A stretch of 64,000 nucleotides of DNA from Emiliania huxleyi CCMP1516 (lineage: Eukaryota). The stretch is from the NCBI RefSeq assembly GCF_000372725.1, contig NW_005201403.1, forward strand, positions 124,001 to 188,000, read 5' to 3'. This document shows, piece after piece, positions 43,947 through 56,501 of the stretch. Both the position numbers and the translations under genes were made by a program. The notes under the pieces were generated by a model. The model was given only the letters and a program-made list of their open reading frames with translations, was not told the origin of the DNA and did no database searches. How positions within the stretch are numbered: the first letter of the stretch is position 1; each line of letters starts with the position of its first letter.

Positions 43947-45820
43947 TCAGGCGGAGGAGGGTGTGCCGAGGCCCGTGACGTTGAGCGTGAGATCACCCAC
44001 TGCCTTTGGCGTCAGGTCGACCTCGAGGCCCATCGCGCGCATTTTCGCCTGCACCGCCCTCGTCACCGTGCCCTTGGCCTGGCGGGCGTCGCCTGGGCGG
44101 CGCGGGGGCGAAGAGGCCGGTGGCGCGAGGCCGACGGGGCTTGTTGCCGCGAGGGTTCCGGATGTGAGAGGGTGGGGGAGGTGTGCGGCGCGTGGTGGCG
44201 TGTGGCGGCGTGTGGCGTGCGGGTCTGGGGCGGTGGCGATGGCGGAGGCGGAGGCGCCACCCTCAGAGAGCAGGGCCCCTCTGCTACCTCTCCGCTGCCT
44301 CTCCGCTACCCCTCCTGCTGCCTCTCCGCTGCCTCTGAGCTGCCTCTCTGCTACCTCTCGCCCCAGAGGCGGGGCCCGAAGGAGGAGGGCAGCTGGCAGT
44401 GCGCGTGGTTGACGGCGAGGTCGAGGCACGGGTTGGAGGCGGAGTAGCCGAGCGCGCGCGTGAAGATGTAGAGGAGGACATTCTCGCCGCCTACTCTCGG
44501 CCAATCTCGGCTGATCTCGGCGGATCTCGCGTGGAGATGCAGAGGAGGACATGCCCCCGCCCCACGCGTTCTGCGGAAAGTCAAACAGCGAGAGGTGCGC
44601 CTGGAGGGGCAGGGCGGCAAGCGGCAGTGAGGCAGCTGGGCAGCAAGGAGCGGCGCAAGCTCTGTGGCGGAGGACTCCGCAACCGGGCGGCCAGCGGGCG
44701 GCGGGAAGCGCCAGGCAAGCCCGCGCTTGCAGCCCGCGCTGGCGGCGCAGCGCCGGCCGGGCGGCGGAGCGCCGGTCGGGCGGATCGAGGGCGGATCGAG
44801 GGCGGGAAAGTGTGAGGAGTGCATGGGCGAGGGGTCCGCTCGCCTCGGAGAGCGGAGAAGCGAGGGAGAAGACATACGCGTCGTAGGAGCCTACACCATT
44901 CTCTCTCCTCTTCTCGAGCTCATTCTCTTCTTTGGGGAGCAGACACACGCGTCGCAGGAGCCAAAGTTGATCTTCGAGCAGAGCGTGCGCCGCCACACGC
45001 CGTACGACGGCCCGCTCATGTCGCACGTCCGCTGCCCCCACGCCGCAGGCTTGGCAAACAGCTTGCCCTTGCCCTGCAGTAGCCTCGACTTGCCCTGCAG
45101 CCGCCTGCCCTGCAGCCGCCTGCCCTGCAGCCGCCTGCCCTGCAGCTGCCCGCCGTCCGCTGGCGCGCCGGCGTCGGTGAGGTTGAGGAGGCCGAGGGAG
45201 GAGGCCGCCTCGGCGCTTCTGCGCACGTCGTAGTCCGTCCGGCGGTGGTAGCGGGAGAGGAAGTACGTGTGGCGGGCCGGGAGGCCGGAGGTTGCGAGCT
45301 CGGCCCACCGCCCTTCCGGCATGAGGTACACGTCCTGGTTGAGAAAGACGACGGTGCGGCCGACGAGGTGGCGCGAGGCGTAGGCGAGGTACGTCCGGAA
45401 GGAGGGGCGCTCGGCAATCCCGACGACGTGCAGCATGTGCTTCCGCTTCTCGTACCAGCGCAGCCTGCTGAGCAGCGCCTCCACGGGCGGCGCCTCTGCG
45501 ACGAGGAGGTGGAGGTCCGACACGGCGGCGTGGAGCACATTGCGCCGGAGCACCTGCGCGGGGCACGCAGGCTTCCTCAGCCGATGGCGGCCGAGGCGGC
45601 TGCATGCCGCCGCCGACACCTCCAGCAGCTCGAGCTGACGTGCATGCACGTTGACCCACTTGACGCACGGCTTCCGGCGGCTCAGGGCAGCTCGCTCGGG
45701 GCAGATCTGCAGCGTGTTGCCCCAGGTCGGGCCGTAGAACCACTGCATCGTCGTGAGGAGGGAGAGGCCGCTCCGCGCTTCTGCGGCGGGCGTCGCCACG
45801 GATGTGGCAGCGCCACCCAT
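43947..45820 (-). CDS. Uncharacterised glycosyltransferase-like protein (spliced)
   Basis: VVFLNQDVYL (DxD-like), FLSRY, NFG|SYDAYVF, FPQNAWG|GENVLLY, SNPCLDLAVNHAHC. The functional call is an inference. Confidence 0.55.
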
Positions 45821-46230
45821 CGGCCAGAATCGATGAGCAGTTAAGGCGATGTTTCTCTTCTTTGCCAGTCCGCGCCAGTCCGCGCCCTTGTCGTGCCAGT
45901 GTGCTGTGAGAGAGGCTTGTATCTTAAGAATTCTCTTCTTTTTCAGTGTACCTGTGTTAGTGCCAGTGCGCGCCAGTCCCGTGCCCAGTATTGTGCGAGG
46001 GAGTTTTTTTGGAAAATTCTTTTTCAATGTACGTGCTTTTTTGAGCTTAGCCTTCGATGTTATGTACGTACTTTTTTTAGCTTACTGGGACAAAAGAGAG
46101 AGGGGGTTGTGTTCTCTAGGCCCCTAGGGGCCATCACACCCATCACACCACAAGTTTCTCCGCGCCTTGCACGACTTGCCGCCCCTCTCGCGGCCGCAAC
46201 GACTGTTGCCGCTAGCCCTCTTCTTCGTGG

Positions 46231-48484
46231 ATGGCCACCATCGCCCTCGCCCTGCTCTCTGCCGAGGCGTCGGCGCTCGTCTCCACGTCGCACAACGGTA
46301 GGTTTGCGCCGGCGCTCGGGCTGCGCCGCGCCGGCCCGCTCTTGAGCAGCACGGCCGCGGCGCTGGAGCTGCAGCGCAGCGCCGAGTCCACCGCCGACGC
46401 AATCCAGCGCAAGCTGGCGAGGATACGCGAGCTCCGCCCGACGGAGCAGTCGCCCGAGGTGCAGCAGAAGCTGTGGGAGTCGGCTGGGCTGCTGCCGATG
46501 TACAAGGTGTCTGGCTCGGTGACCGGGGAGCCGTCCTTCACGCAGCTCTTCTCGCACGAGACGTGGAGCGCGTACACGGGCAAGTCGCCGTTCCGCCGCT
46601 GGCTGCGCACCGGCGTGACGTGGCGCCACTCGACCGTCCTCGCCTCGGTGTGGCCGATCTGCCTCTCGCTCTCGCTCTGGTCCTTCTGCGTCGCCTCGCT
46701 GCCCGCGAGGTTTCTGCCGCGCACGTCGCCCCTGCCGCTGACGGCGATGGGCTCTGCGATCGGGCTCCTCCTCGTCTTCCGCGTCAACAACCTGTACGGC
46801 AGGGTGGCCGAGGCGCGGCTGCTGTGGGGGAGGGCAGTCTTCCTCTGCCGGCAGGCGGCCGAGACGCCTCCGAGACACTTCTCAGACACTCCCCAGACTC
46901 TTCCCTGCCGCTCATCGTCCCCGGCCCTGTCAATGGGTGATGAAGTAACCTCCGAGAGTGGGACCAGCAGGCGGCCCAGACAGTCGCGACGGCTCTCCTC
47001 TTCGACCGCAGCCTGCCGGCGGAGCGAGCGCCCGCCTCGCACGCAGCCGCGTCTAAGGTGTGCCGCTACCTCGCCGCCTTCCCCTGGGAGCTGAACGCCA
47101 AGCTGACGGGCAAGGGCGACGGCGTCGGGAAGACGCGCGGCTTGCGGCCCGGCGAGGACACCGACATCCTGCGCGTGCTCCTGCCTGCCGAGGAGGTGGA
47201 CTTCATCGGCCAGGCGCGCTCGCGGCCGCTGCTGCTGCTCGGCGCGATGCGGAGGCAGCTGCACGCGCAGCTCCGCGTCGGCGCCGCCATCGCCCTCGAG
47301 GCGCGCCGCAGGGCTGCCCCACGCCCACGACACGCCCACGCCCCCCTGCGCCCTCAGGCACGCTCCACCCGATGGTCTACCGCAAGCTCGAGGAGGCGAC
47401 ACCGCCCGGCCCCTCCCGCGCACCTCGCCACCCTGCTCCGCCCTCCCCTCCCGCGCACCTCTCGCCACCCTGCTCCGCCCTCCCCTCGCCGTTCCTCTCA
47501 CCCTGCTCCGCCCTCCCCTCGCCGTTCCTCTCACCCTGCTCCGCCCTCCCCTCGCCGTTCCTCTCACCCTGCTCCGCCCTCCCCTCGCCGTTCCTCTCAC
47601 CCTGCTCCGCCCTCCCCTCGCCGTTCCTCTCACCCTGCTCCGCCCTCCCCTCGCCGTTCCTCTCACCCTGCTCCGCCCTCCCCTCGCCGTTCCTCTCACC
47701 CTGCTCCGCCCTCCCCTCGCCGTTCCTCTCACCCTGCTCCGCCCTCCCCTCGCCGTTCCTCTCACCCTGCTCCGCCCTCCCCTCGCCGTTCCTCTCACCC
47801 TGCTCCGCCCTCCCCTCGCCGTTCCTCTCACCCTGCTCCGCCCTCCCCTCGCCGTTCCTCTCACCCTGCTCCGCCCTCCCCTCGCCGCCGCAGGACCTCA
47901 AGGAGCTCGACCTCGTCGTGGGCGGCTGCGAGCGCGTCTTCTCGTCGCCCGTGCCGCCGACGATGTCTCGCCACCGTCCTCCGCTGCACTGCCTCTACGC
48001 CGCCCACGACCCTTCCGGCACCCTTCCTGCAGGTCGCGGCATGTGATCCGCTGCATGCTGCTCTGGCTGCTCGGGCTGCCCGCCGTGCTGGCGGGCAGCA
48101 TGTCGCCGGCGCACATCTCGCTCTGGGTCTTCCTGGTGAGCTACATCTTCGTTGGCATCGAGGAGGTTGGGGTGCAGGTCGGGCACCGAGCTGATGCGTC
48201 GCCCGAGAGGAGTCGAGATCAGCCGAGATCAGCCGAGATCAGCCGAGATCAGCCGAGGTGAGCCGAGGTGTGGCGTGCAGGTCGAGCAGCCCTTCGAGAT
48301 CACGCCGATGACGCGGCTGTGCAACGTCAGCACGCACCTGAGGAGGAGGAGGGCAGCGTGGCGGCGGGTTGCCTTCAGCGCGACGAGGACTGCTCTCTAG
48401 GTCATCATGCTCAACCTCGAAGAGGCCCTCGCGATGCCGCCGCCCGCCGAGGCAAGCGAGCAGGGGGGCGGCGCAGATGAATGA
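46231..48484 (+). CDS. Plastid-targeted bestrophin-like anion channel (UPF0187/VCCN/BST family), spliced
   Basis: [54 protein letters not shown]; bipartite presequence. Confidence 0.9.
47466..47887 (+). repeat. Intronic 33-bp minisatellite, about 13 near-perfect copies
   Basis: Unit CACCCTGCTCCGCCCTCCCCTCGCCGTTCCTCT. Confidence 0.95.
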
Positions 48485-49066
48485 CACAGCTCACAGGCGG
48501 GGTCGCCTTGCTGCTTGGGTGCGCGCGCCTCGTGTCTGACCAGCAACAGGACAAGAGTCAAGGGAGCGCTGAGCGCTCTCTGGGCGCGTGCTGCGCGCGC
48601 GGTCATCGCCCCCTCCCCATCAGTATGGTATCCAAAATCTATTTCATTTCGGTCCCATGTCGTTCTGCTTCTGGCATCTTTCATTACTTGCATCATTTTG
48701 CATATGTGCATGCACATCGCGTGTGACACGTTAGCAATGCGTGCCCGCACATGTGTGCATCTCGTGCATGCAGAGTGTATGTGTCATGCGGGGATGTGTG
48801 TCGCGAAACGCGGCATGGGAGTACGTCAGTACGAGCAATCATCAGACTCACAATTCAGAGACAGATGACAGACACACCCGGCCTCAGTGCATTGCGTTGA
48901 ACTGCAATACGACGATTCGAAAGAGTGTCACAATCAGTGTGTGCGCCAGCGCCTCCCCTTCCACCTCTCGCGCCCGTTCTTCCGAATGCGCCCCCATAAT
49001 TACGCGCCGTCGCGGTTGTCAGTGCGCGTTCCGGCCGGGCACACTCCCGCCTCCGACCACTGGCCC

Positions 49067-51280
49067 CTATTTGGCCGCCGGCCCGAGCCGGCACAGCTTC
49101 CACTGCTGGCAACACTCGAACGTGCGCATCGCCGCTTGCAGCTCGGCCGACGCGCCGCCCGCCTCGGCGCGCACGGCCGGCCACGCCTCGCACTCGCCTA
49201 CACTCGGCGCCATCTCGTGTGCGTGTCACCTCGGGTCCTCTCGTGAGGTGGAGGGGGCGGGAGTCGGGCGGGCCGAGGAGAGGCGACCACGCCGGCTGCG
49301 CCTTTGCCCGCGCCGCCTCGCGCTCGAACATCTGCCCGCTGCGCAGGTGGTGCGAGACGACGAAGCGACTCGCGTCCATCGCCCCGTACGTGGCGTCTCG
49401 CATCGCATCGGAGACCTGTTGTTGTTGGTTGACTCGTACTCAGCGATTGAGTGCCAATCACAGCTCGCGTCTCGCACCGCGCAAGAGGCCTACACTCCGC
49501 CACGCACACGCACCACTCGCTCACCCGGAGGCGAGGCCGCGCGCTTCACCGCGGGGGAGAGGGCGGGGCGCCGAGAGGAGGGAGAGGGACAGGTTGGCCG
49601 AGCCGAGTGCGTAGCCCAGCGTCACGTCCGAGTAGCCGCAGTCCTACCGCCAGTCCACCCCACCCCGTCAGGCTGTAGGGAGGCCCTCTGGCAGAGCGGT
49701 GCCTTCCCCGCACCGGCAGCGGCACCCAATGCTGCGGCCTCCCTTGCGTCGCCCGCCCCTTCTCGACGAGCCCCGCCTGTGAACAGCGTCTCTTCACACC
49801 TCCTGCTGTGAACAGGTGCCCCGCCCCTTCTCGACGAGGCGCGCCACGTGCGGCGAAGACGCGAACCAGTCGCCTAGTGTCGTTGTGGTCATCGCTGGTG
49901 GTAGTGGTGTGGGATGCGAGCCCGCCTAGTCCTCGCCAGGACCTAGCCCGCCCCTCTCTCCACGCCCGCGGGATGTGATCTCGGCTCATCTGCGCTCATC
50001 TCGGCTCATCTCGGCTCATCTCGCCCAAGTCTCCGCCCATCACCGTCAGGGCCCCGACCACGAATGGAAAGGGGCCGTACACGCGCCGCTCCTTCGGGCA
50101 GCCGTGCCTGTGAGAATGGCACACCAGTCAGCATCACAACATTCTCACCATCAGGAGCCCCTCCCGGCATGCGTGCCTCCGCGCGTGCGCCGCGCCGACC
50201 GGCCCCGCCTACAGAGGCCGTGCCTCGGACATGTCGTGGACATGTCGTGGACACGGGCTGCCATCGGGCCGACCAAGCCCGCCGACCAGCCGCAGTGCCT
50301 GGAAGGGTAACACACGGCTCCTGATGTCGTTACAGCATCCTTTCGAGGCCCGCCACCCACCACAGCACCTCCACTCCTCTGTCACGAAAGAGTCGTACTG
50401 GAGGTAGCCTAATAAAATAAATAATGGTAAGTAAATAAAGAATAAATATTTATTAGAGTCGACTGGAGGTGCCTCCGTACACGCGCGGCAGGCCCGCCGC
50501 CGGCCGGAGGAAGGAGGCGAGCCTGTTGCTTGGATGAGTTAGGGGTGGCTGTGAATGAGTAGGCCCGCCGGCCGGCCAGAGGAAGGAGAGGCGGGCCTCG
50601 CGACGTCGACGAACGAGTCGTCGTCCGCCTTTAAACAATCACAAACATGCTCATACTCGTCATCATCGTTCTTCGTCACGCATCATCTGCATGAGGAGTC
50701 GTCCGCCTTTGCGTAGAAGGAGGCGCCCGGGTAGGCGACCGGCGCGTGGCGGAACCACGCGAACAGCTTGTCGATGCACGAGTAGATGCCGCCCGCCTCG
50801 TTGAAGTCGGACGCGTCGACGACGGCAAAGTCGTCCTTCCCGACGCGCCGCCGCTCGTCGTCGAGCTGCTGCACGTCGCGAGGCGAGAGGCCGCGCTTGC
50901 CCACGACGAAGCGAATCAGCGCCGGGGCGCCGACCTGCAGACGTACCGGGGCGGGCCGTCAGTGGTGGGCTGCCTTGGCGCCGGGCAGAGGAGATGCCCT
51001 CCGCCTCGGCTGCTGGCACGAGCACGGTCTGGCGGATCCACTCGCGCGTCTTTGGCGTACGCGGATTGGTCACGAAGCCGAGGACCAGAAACGTGGGCGG
51101 CGACTCCTGAGCCGCCGCGTGGGCCGCGCCTCGCCTCCGCCGCCGCTGACGGTGGAGACGGTGGAACACCCGGCGGCGCTCGCTCAATAGGCTGCGCTCC
51201 TGCGCGACGGCGTTCGAAACATCTTTCGACAGCACGCCCTGGAGCTCCCCAACCACGGAGGCAAGGCTGTCGGCCGGCAT
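49067..51280 (-). CDS. GT31-like galactosyltransferase (spliced)
   Basis: REWIRQT...RFVVG...CIDKLFAWF...FYAK|ADDDSFVDV...YG|GYLQY...GPFPFVVGAL...SDVTLGY...VVSHHL; stop at 49067-49069. Confidence 0.8.
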
Positions 51281-51349
51281 GCTGTTTTGGCGCAAGCAAA
51301 AAAAACTCTTCGCGCAGACCCGTGTTTACTTTAAGGCTTAAGCGAGAAG

Positions 51350-51478
51350 CGGCGAGAGACTGCGAAGAGAGATAGGAAGAGGCAGACTCCCTAGGGTGGG
51401 CGACGGCTAGCGCATCACACACCTCTCCTTAAAATCCCTGTGTGTGTGGTGGCGGCGTGCCGTCCTCCCATCCCTCCC
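51350..51478 (+). mobile_element. Repeat family C copy (5'-truncated LINE-like 3' end)
   Basis: Near-identical to 62228-62350. Confidence 0.8.
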
Positions 51479-51877
51479 TTTGATCTCCCACACACAAGCA
51501 TCAAGAACCCGATGCTCCGGCTCGACTGTGCCGGCACACACTGCCTCCTCGCGCCTGCTGCCAGCAGCCGTCGCGGCCCGTGGTGCACCAGAGAGAGAGG
51601 TCGACGCGTTGCCCCCGCCGGCGACCCCGCGCGCTGTGCCTTTTAGGACAGGTGGGTATATTTATTTACCAGGAAAGTGCCGTGTTAGGTCGTGCGCAAG
51701 CGTCAGCGTACATTCCCTCCCAATTTATTTAAAAAAGTACGTAAGAGCCACATACATTGAAAAAGTGGTACATGTACTCAGGAGCGTCCTGGAGGTACTC
51801 GAGACTCTTTCGAGGTCTCGTGAAGAGGCTCGACAGTGTGACCTTCCTCGCTCCCGCCAAGCCTCCCAACGGCCGCG

Positions 51878-53462
51878 ATGGACCTCGACCAGGCTCTCGG
51901 CATGGTCGAGCTCGATCGCCTGTGCTCCTCCTCCCGCTCGCAGCTGCACGAGGCGCTCGTCAACCTGCTCCAGTCGCAGCAGCCGGCGAGCGCGAACCTC
52001 TCGATGGCGACGCGAGCGACGCTCGGCAAGCGCGGGCTGGGTCAGCTTGAGGTGGCCAAGGGCTCGCTCGACATCGCGAGTGACCTCTCCGCAATGGTGC
52101 TCGGGCGGACGCGCACAGCGCTCGCCGATCTCGAGGCCGCGCAGTCTTCGATCGCCGACGCCGACGCCCGCGCCATCGCCGCCGAGGCGGCGGCGGCGGC
52201 AGCTCGGTCTCGGGCCGAGGCGGCGGTGGCGGATCAGACGGCAGCGCTGCGCGCCGCAGTGGACGATGCCACCAGCAGGGCCGCGGCCGCCGAGGCGCGC
52301 GCGGCGGCCGCCGAGGCGGCCGCCGCAGCTGCGGTGCGCGAGGCGGCGGCCGCGCGCGAGTCGGCGGCCGCGAGCGAGGCGTCCGCCACCGGGCGCCTGG
52401 AGCTGGACGCGCAGCTGGAGCGGGAGCGCGGTGTGTTGGCGCGGCTCGCGGCGGAGAACCTCCTCTTTGTGAAGCGCCTCCAGCAGTCCGAGTCGGCGCG
52501 AGCAGAGGCGGAGCGCGAGCGCGCGGAGCTGCAGACGCGCTGGAGGGAGCAGACCGAGGAATGGTTCCGGCGAGCGACCGACGAGCTGCAGTCGCAGCTG
52601 CTGGTCGACTGGGGCACGTCGGGCGCGGTCGCGGCCGAGCTGCAGCAGGCACGCGAAGAGGCGGCCGCGGCGGCCTCTGAGCACGCACGCGAGGTGACGC
52701 CGCCGCCACCCGCCGCCACCCGCCGCCACCCGCCGCCACCCGCCGCCCGCCGCCACCCGCGGTGGCGCGAGCTGTCCCCTCCCCTCTAGGCTGCGGGCGC
52801 GGCGGAGCGAGAGGCGGCTCTGCGCAAGGCGCTCGACGCAAAGAGCGAGGAGCTGGCCGGCGCGTGGACGGAGTCGGGCGCGGCGCGCGAGCGGTGCGAG
52901 CAGCTGCAAGCCGAGGCGGAGGCGCGGGCGGAGGAGGAGGCGGCGGGGCGCGCGGAGCTGCGGGTGGCGCATCAGCAGGCGAGCGAGGCGCGCGCCAGCG
53001 AGAGCAAGCTCCGCGCCGTGGCGGACGACGCGACGGTCGAGGTGACGCGGCTGCGCGCGAGGGCGATCCGCACGACTTGTTGAAGACTCATTCGATCCAC
53101 GAACCACTCAACAGGTGATGCGGCTGCGCGAGAGGGCGATCCGCGACGAGCAGGCGCCGGCCGAGCTGCGATGCCATCCCGCTCCATCCGTGCCTGACAC
53201 TGTGAATGGCGATCAGGCGCTGGCCGGGCTGCGCGCGTCGCTGCACGGTGCCGAGGAGAAGGCGCGCGTGGCGCAAGCGGTCTCGCAGCGCGCGCGCGCC
53301 GAGGTGTCTGGCGAGCACAACGCGCTGCTCGAGGCGCAGGCGCGGCTCGACTTTGCCGAGGAGGAGACGAGGTCGCTCAAGGCGCGGCTCGACGCGGCCG
53401 AGAGAGAAAAGTCCTTTTTGCTCGCCGCGTGCAACCAGGGAGGCAAGGCGGAGCGGCTGTAG
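51878..53462 (+). CDS. Coiled-coil protein of unknown function (spliced)
   Basis: Ala/Glu/Arg-rich heptads; introns at about 52694-52789, 53042-53114 and 53154-53216. 3' end uncertain. Confidence 0.65.
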
Positions 53463-54042
53463 CAGAGCGCGGTGCGCGCACCCGCGCCACGGCCCCGCGG
53501 ATCCGCGCGTTACGGTAGACGCGAGAGCGGTGAAGGGGCACAGGTGGTATCCGTGCAGGGAGAAGGGGGGGAGACGTGAGACCACACCGCGAGCTCTGCG
53601 GTTGCAGACGTGGGCCGCCACTACGCTCGCTACGCACTACCCCACTAACCGGCGCTACCCGTACCCCTCGTACTTTACCCCGGGGACCCTTTACTCGCCG
53701 TTTCGACGCACGGGGCCATGGGGCTGACATATACACGCTTGTCGCGCTTCGTTTTTTGTGCTTTTCAAAACAGATCCTCTACCTTATATGCGGCAACCGG
53801 CACGCACAGCACCCAGAGAGATGTACATAAAAGGAAAAGGCGATCTGCCCTGTGTGGTCGGCAGATCGAGTGAGAGGGTGAAGTAGCCTGGGCACGCCAC
53901 GGCTTTGGGCCCTTGCACGCGGGCGAGGCGCTGTGCGGCTGCGAACTGAACTGTCATCCGGTAAGCGGCGCTGCGCTGCTCTCCCCTAGACCATCAGCCA
54001 CGGGGTCGGGCGCCGCCGCGGCGTTTTCCGCCGAGGACTCGC

Positions 54043-56501
54043 CTACACGCAAGGGCAGTGGTGAGGCGGCGAGCAAGGGGCCGGGGCGGCCGCGAGCATA
54101 GCCGCACCGGGAGTTGGCTCCGGTGCGCCGCCGAAGTCCGCAGCGAACGCCGCCGGTGCGTCCTCATCGCCAAAGGCCGCGAAATCCGAGGCCGGGGCGT
54201 CGGACTTTGCCGAGACGTCCGCCACGTCAAACGCCGCAAAGTCCGACGCGGGCGCCTCGGCGGCGGGCGCCTCGGCGGGCGCGTCGTCGAACGCTGCAAA
54301 GTCCGGAGGCGACGCGTCGGACTTGGCCGGCGCCTCCGCCGCGTCGTCGAACGCTGCAAAGTCCGACGCCGCAAAGTCTGCCGCGGGAGCCGCCGGCGCC
54401 GACGCGCCAAAGTCTGCGAAGCTCGCGGTGCCCCCGCCCGCGCCGAGTGGCTGCGCCGGCAGCGGCTCCGTGTCGAACTCATCGTCATCGAACGACGCGT
54501 CCCACTGCGCACTCGCGCCCCCCCCGCTGCCGTCCTGTAGCACCTGCGGCGCACGCGCGCGCGGCACGGTCACAGCGCGCGCGGCGCCCATACCTCGCCA
54601 CATCGCAACGCATCTCCCCATCTCCCCATCTCCCCCCGCCTCGCCCCGCGCATCTCTCCGCGCCTCGTCGAGCTCGGCGCCCATGTCGTTGACAAAGTTG
54701 CGCTGCGAGAGCAGCTGCGCGAAGTGCTCGAGGTACGGGCCCTCGCCTATTGTCACCGCGCTCGCTCGTTCACCGCTCACTCATCAGTGATGGGCCGAGG
54801 TACTGGGCCCGCGCCGTCCGAGCCGCTGTCCTCGCCCGAACTCGAGTTCTCTTGCTGCGCGCGCAGCTGCGCCTGCAGCTGCAGGGCCCGCTCCAGCTCG
54901 CGCGACCCGTCGTACTCGTCGCCGTCCGAGTCCTCGTCCGAGGCGCGCTGCGGCATCTTGCCGCCGAGCGGCTTGGACTGGACGTTCTCCCAGGAGGCGA
55001 GCAGCCCCGACGGGCCCACAAACTCGTCCCAGCCCTCGACCGCCTCGAGCGCCGACGAAATGCTCTGCTCCCTCGCCGCCGCCTCGAGCAGCGCGCGCAG
55101 CAGCACCATCACATAGGCGTGCCCCGACGGCCGGACCGCCATCTCGCTCGAGGCGGTGGCGCACTCCATGAGGCGCTGGGGCAGCTGCGCCTCGACCAGC
55201 AGCGAGTGGAGCACCTGCTCGCGCGTCGCCGCCGACTCGGCCGACTCGGCGCTCCGGTCCGACAGCACCACGTCGATGAGGGCCGCGGTCCGCATGTGCA
55301 GCGCGTTGCAGTGGTGCGGCAGCAGCAGCAAGTCGAGCACGACGTGGAAAAAGCCGAGCTGGCAGAGCGCTATCAGCGTCTCCGGCTCCTCGCGCCGCAG
55401 CGCCTCCTCGAAGAGGGCGAGCAGCTTGCAGCGCGTCACAGCCTGGGGCCGCGGCATCGCTCGCGCGCCCTTCTCGGGCAAGAAGCGGCTGATGCGCTCT
55501 GGCAGCTGCGCCGGCGTCGCGATGGCCACGAAGAAGGCGTCGACCGACTCGGCGACGCCACGCAGCAGGTGGTCCGCGCACGACGGGCTACTCGCCCCAA
55601 TCTCGCGGCAGCGCACGAGCAGCCTCACCAGCACATCGAGCGCGGGCAGGTTGAGCCCGCCGCCGCCGCCGTTTGGGTGGCCGGCGGCGCCGAGGCACAT
55701 CTTGAGCAGCGTCTCGCACCTCTCGCGGGCCTCGAGCTCGGGCTCGCAAAAGCAGGCGGGCAGCGCCGGGCTCGCCTCGAGCAGCGTGGTCAGCAGGGCC
55801 GACGCGTTCTGCGCGGCCTCCGGGTTGGGCGCCGCCAGCTGCTCGAAGAGCGCCGGCACCAGCACCTCGTGCGGGATCCACGCCGCGGCGGGAGGCTGCA
55901 GCTGCTGCGCCATGCCCGGCTCCGCCATGACGGGCTCGCCCACGCAGAGCACCGTCAGCATCTGAAGCACCGCGTCGGAGCCGAGGTGCGCCATCAGCCT
56001 CTCCGTCAGCCGCGGCAGTGCCAGCTGCGAGCCGCTGTCGGCGGCCGCCGCGCCCTCCCACAGCGCAGAGAAGCTCGCGGCGAAGCTCTCGGGCGAGCAC
56101 TTGTAGAGCGCGATGAGGACCTTGGCGGCGTAGCCGATGAGGACGGGCGGCAGCGGCGGCGACTGCTGCAGGATCGAGAGCAGCTTCTCGACCAGCCGGC
56201 TCGAGTCGGCGAGCAGAACCTCGTGGATCGAGTTTACGTCGCAGCTGAGCACCTCGGACGCGACGTACGGGTACTTGAAGCGCCGCGCCTCGGAGTCGTC
56301 CTCCGCCGGCATCTCGATGACGTAGTCGATAAGCCTGGCGGCCGTCGCCGACTCGGTCAGGTAGTCGAGCAGCTTTGTGTTTTGCGACTTGCACTCCTGC
56401 AGCAAATCGTCCTCATCGAGCAGCTGCTCGAGGGTGAAGCCCTCCTCGCTGCTGAGCAGCGTGTCGATGGTCGACGTGCCCGCGTGCAGCGACCAGAACA
56501 T
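54043..56501 (-). CDS. SAPS-domain protein (SIT4-associated / PP6 regulatory subunit)
   Basis: MFW...IDTLL...FTLEQLLDEDDLLQECKSQNTKLLDYL...RFKYPYVASEVLSCDV...HCNALH. Two 3' exons encode an acidic DFAAFD-repeat tail. Confidence 0.9.

Noticed and set aside
46212..48194. Repeat-protein ORFs and a CRISPR-like 33-bp array
   Set aside because: Head-to-tail identical units with no spacers, inside a bestrophin intron, and no cas genes.
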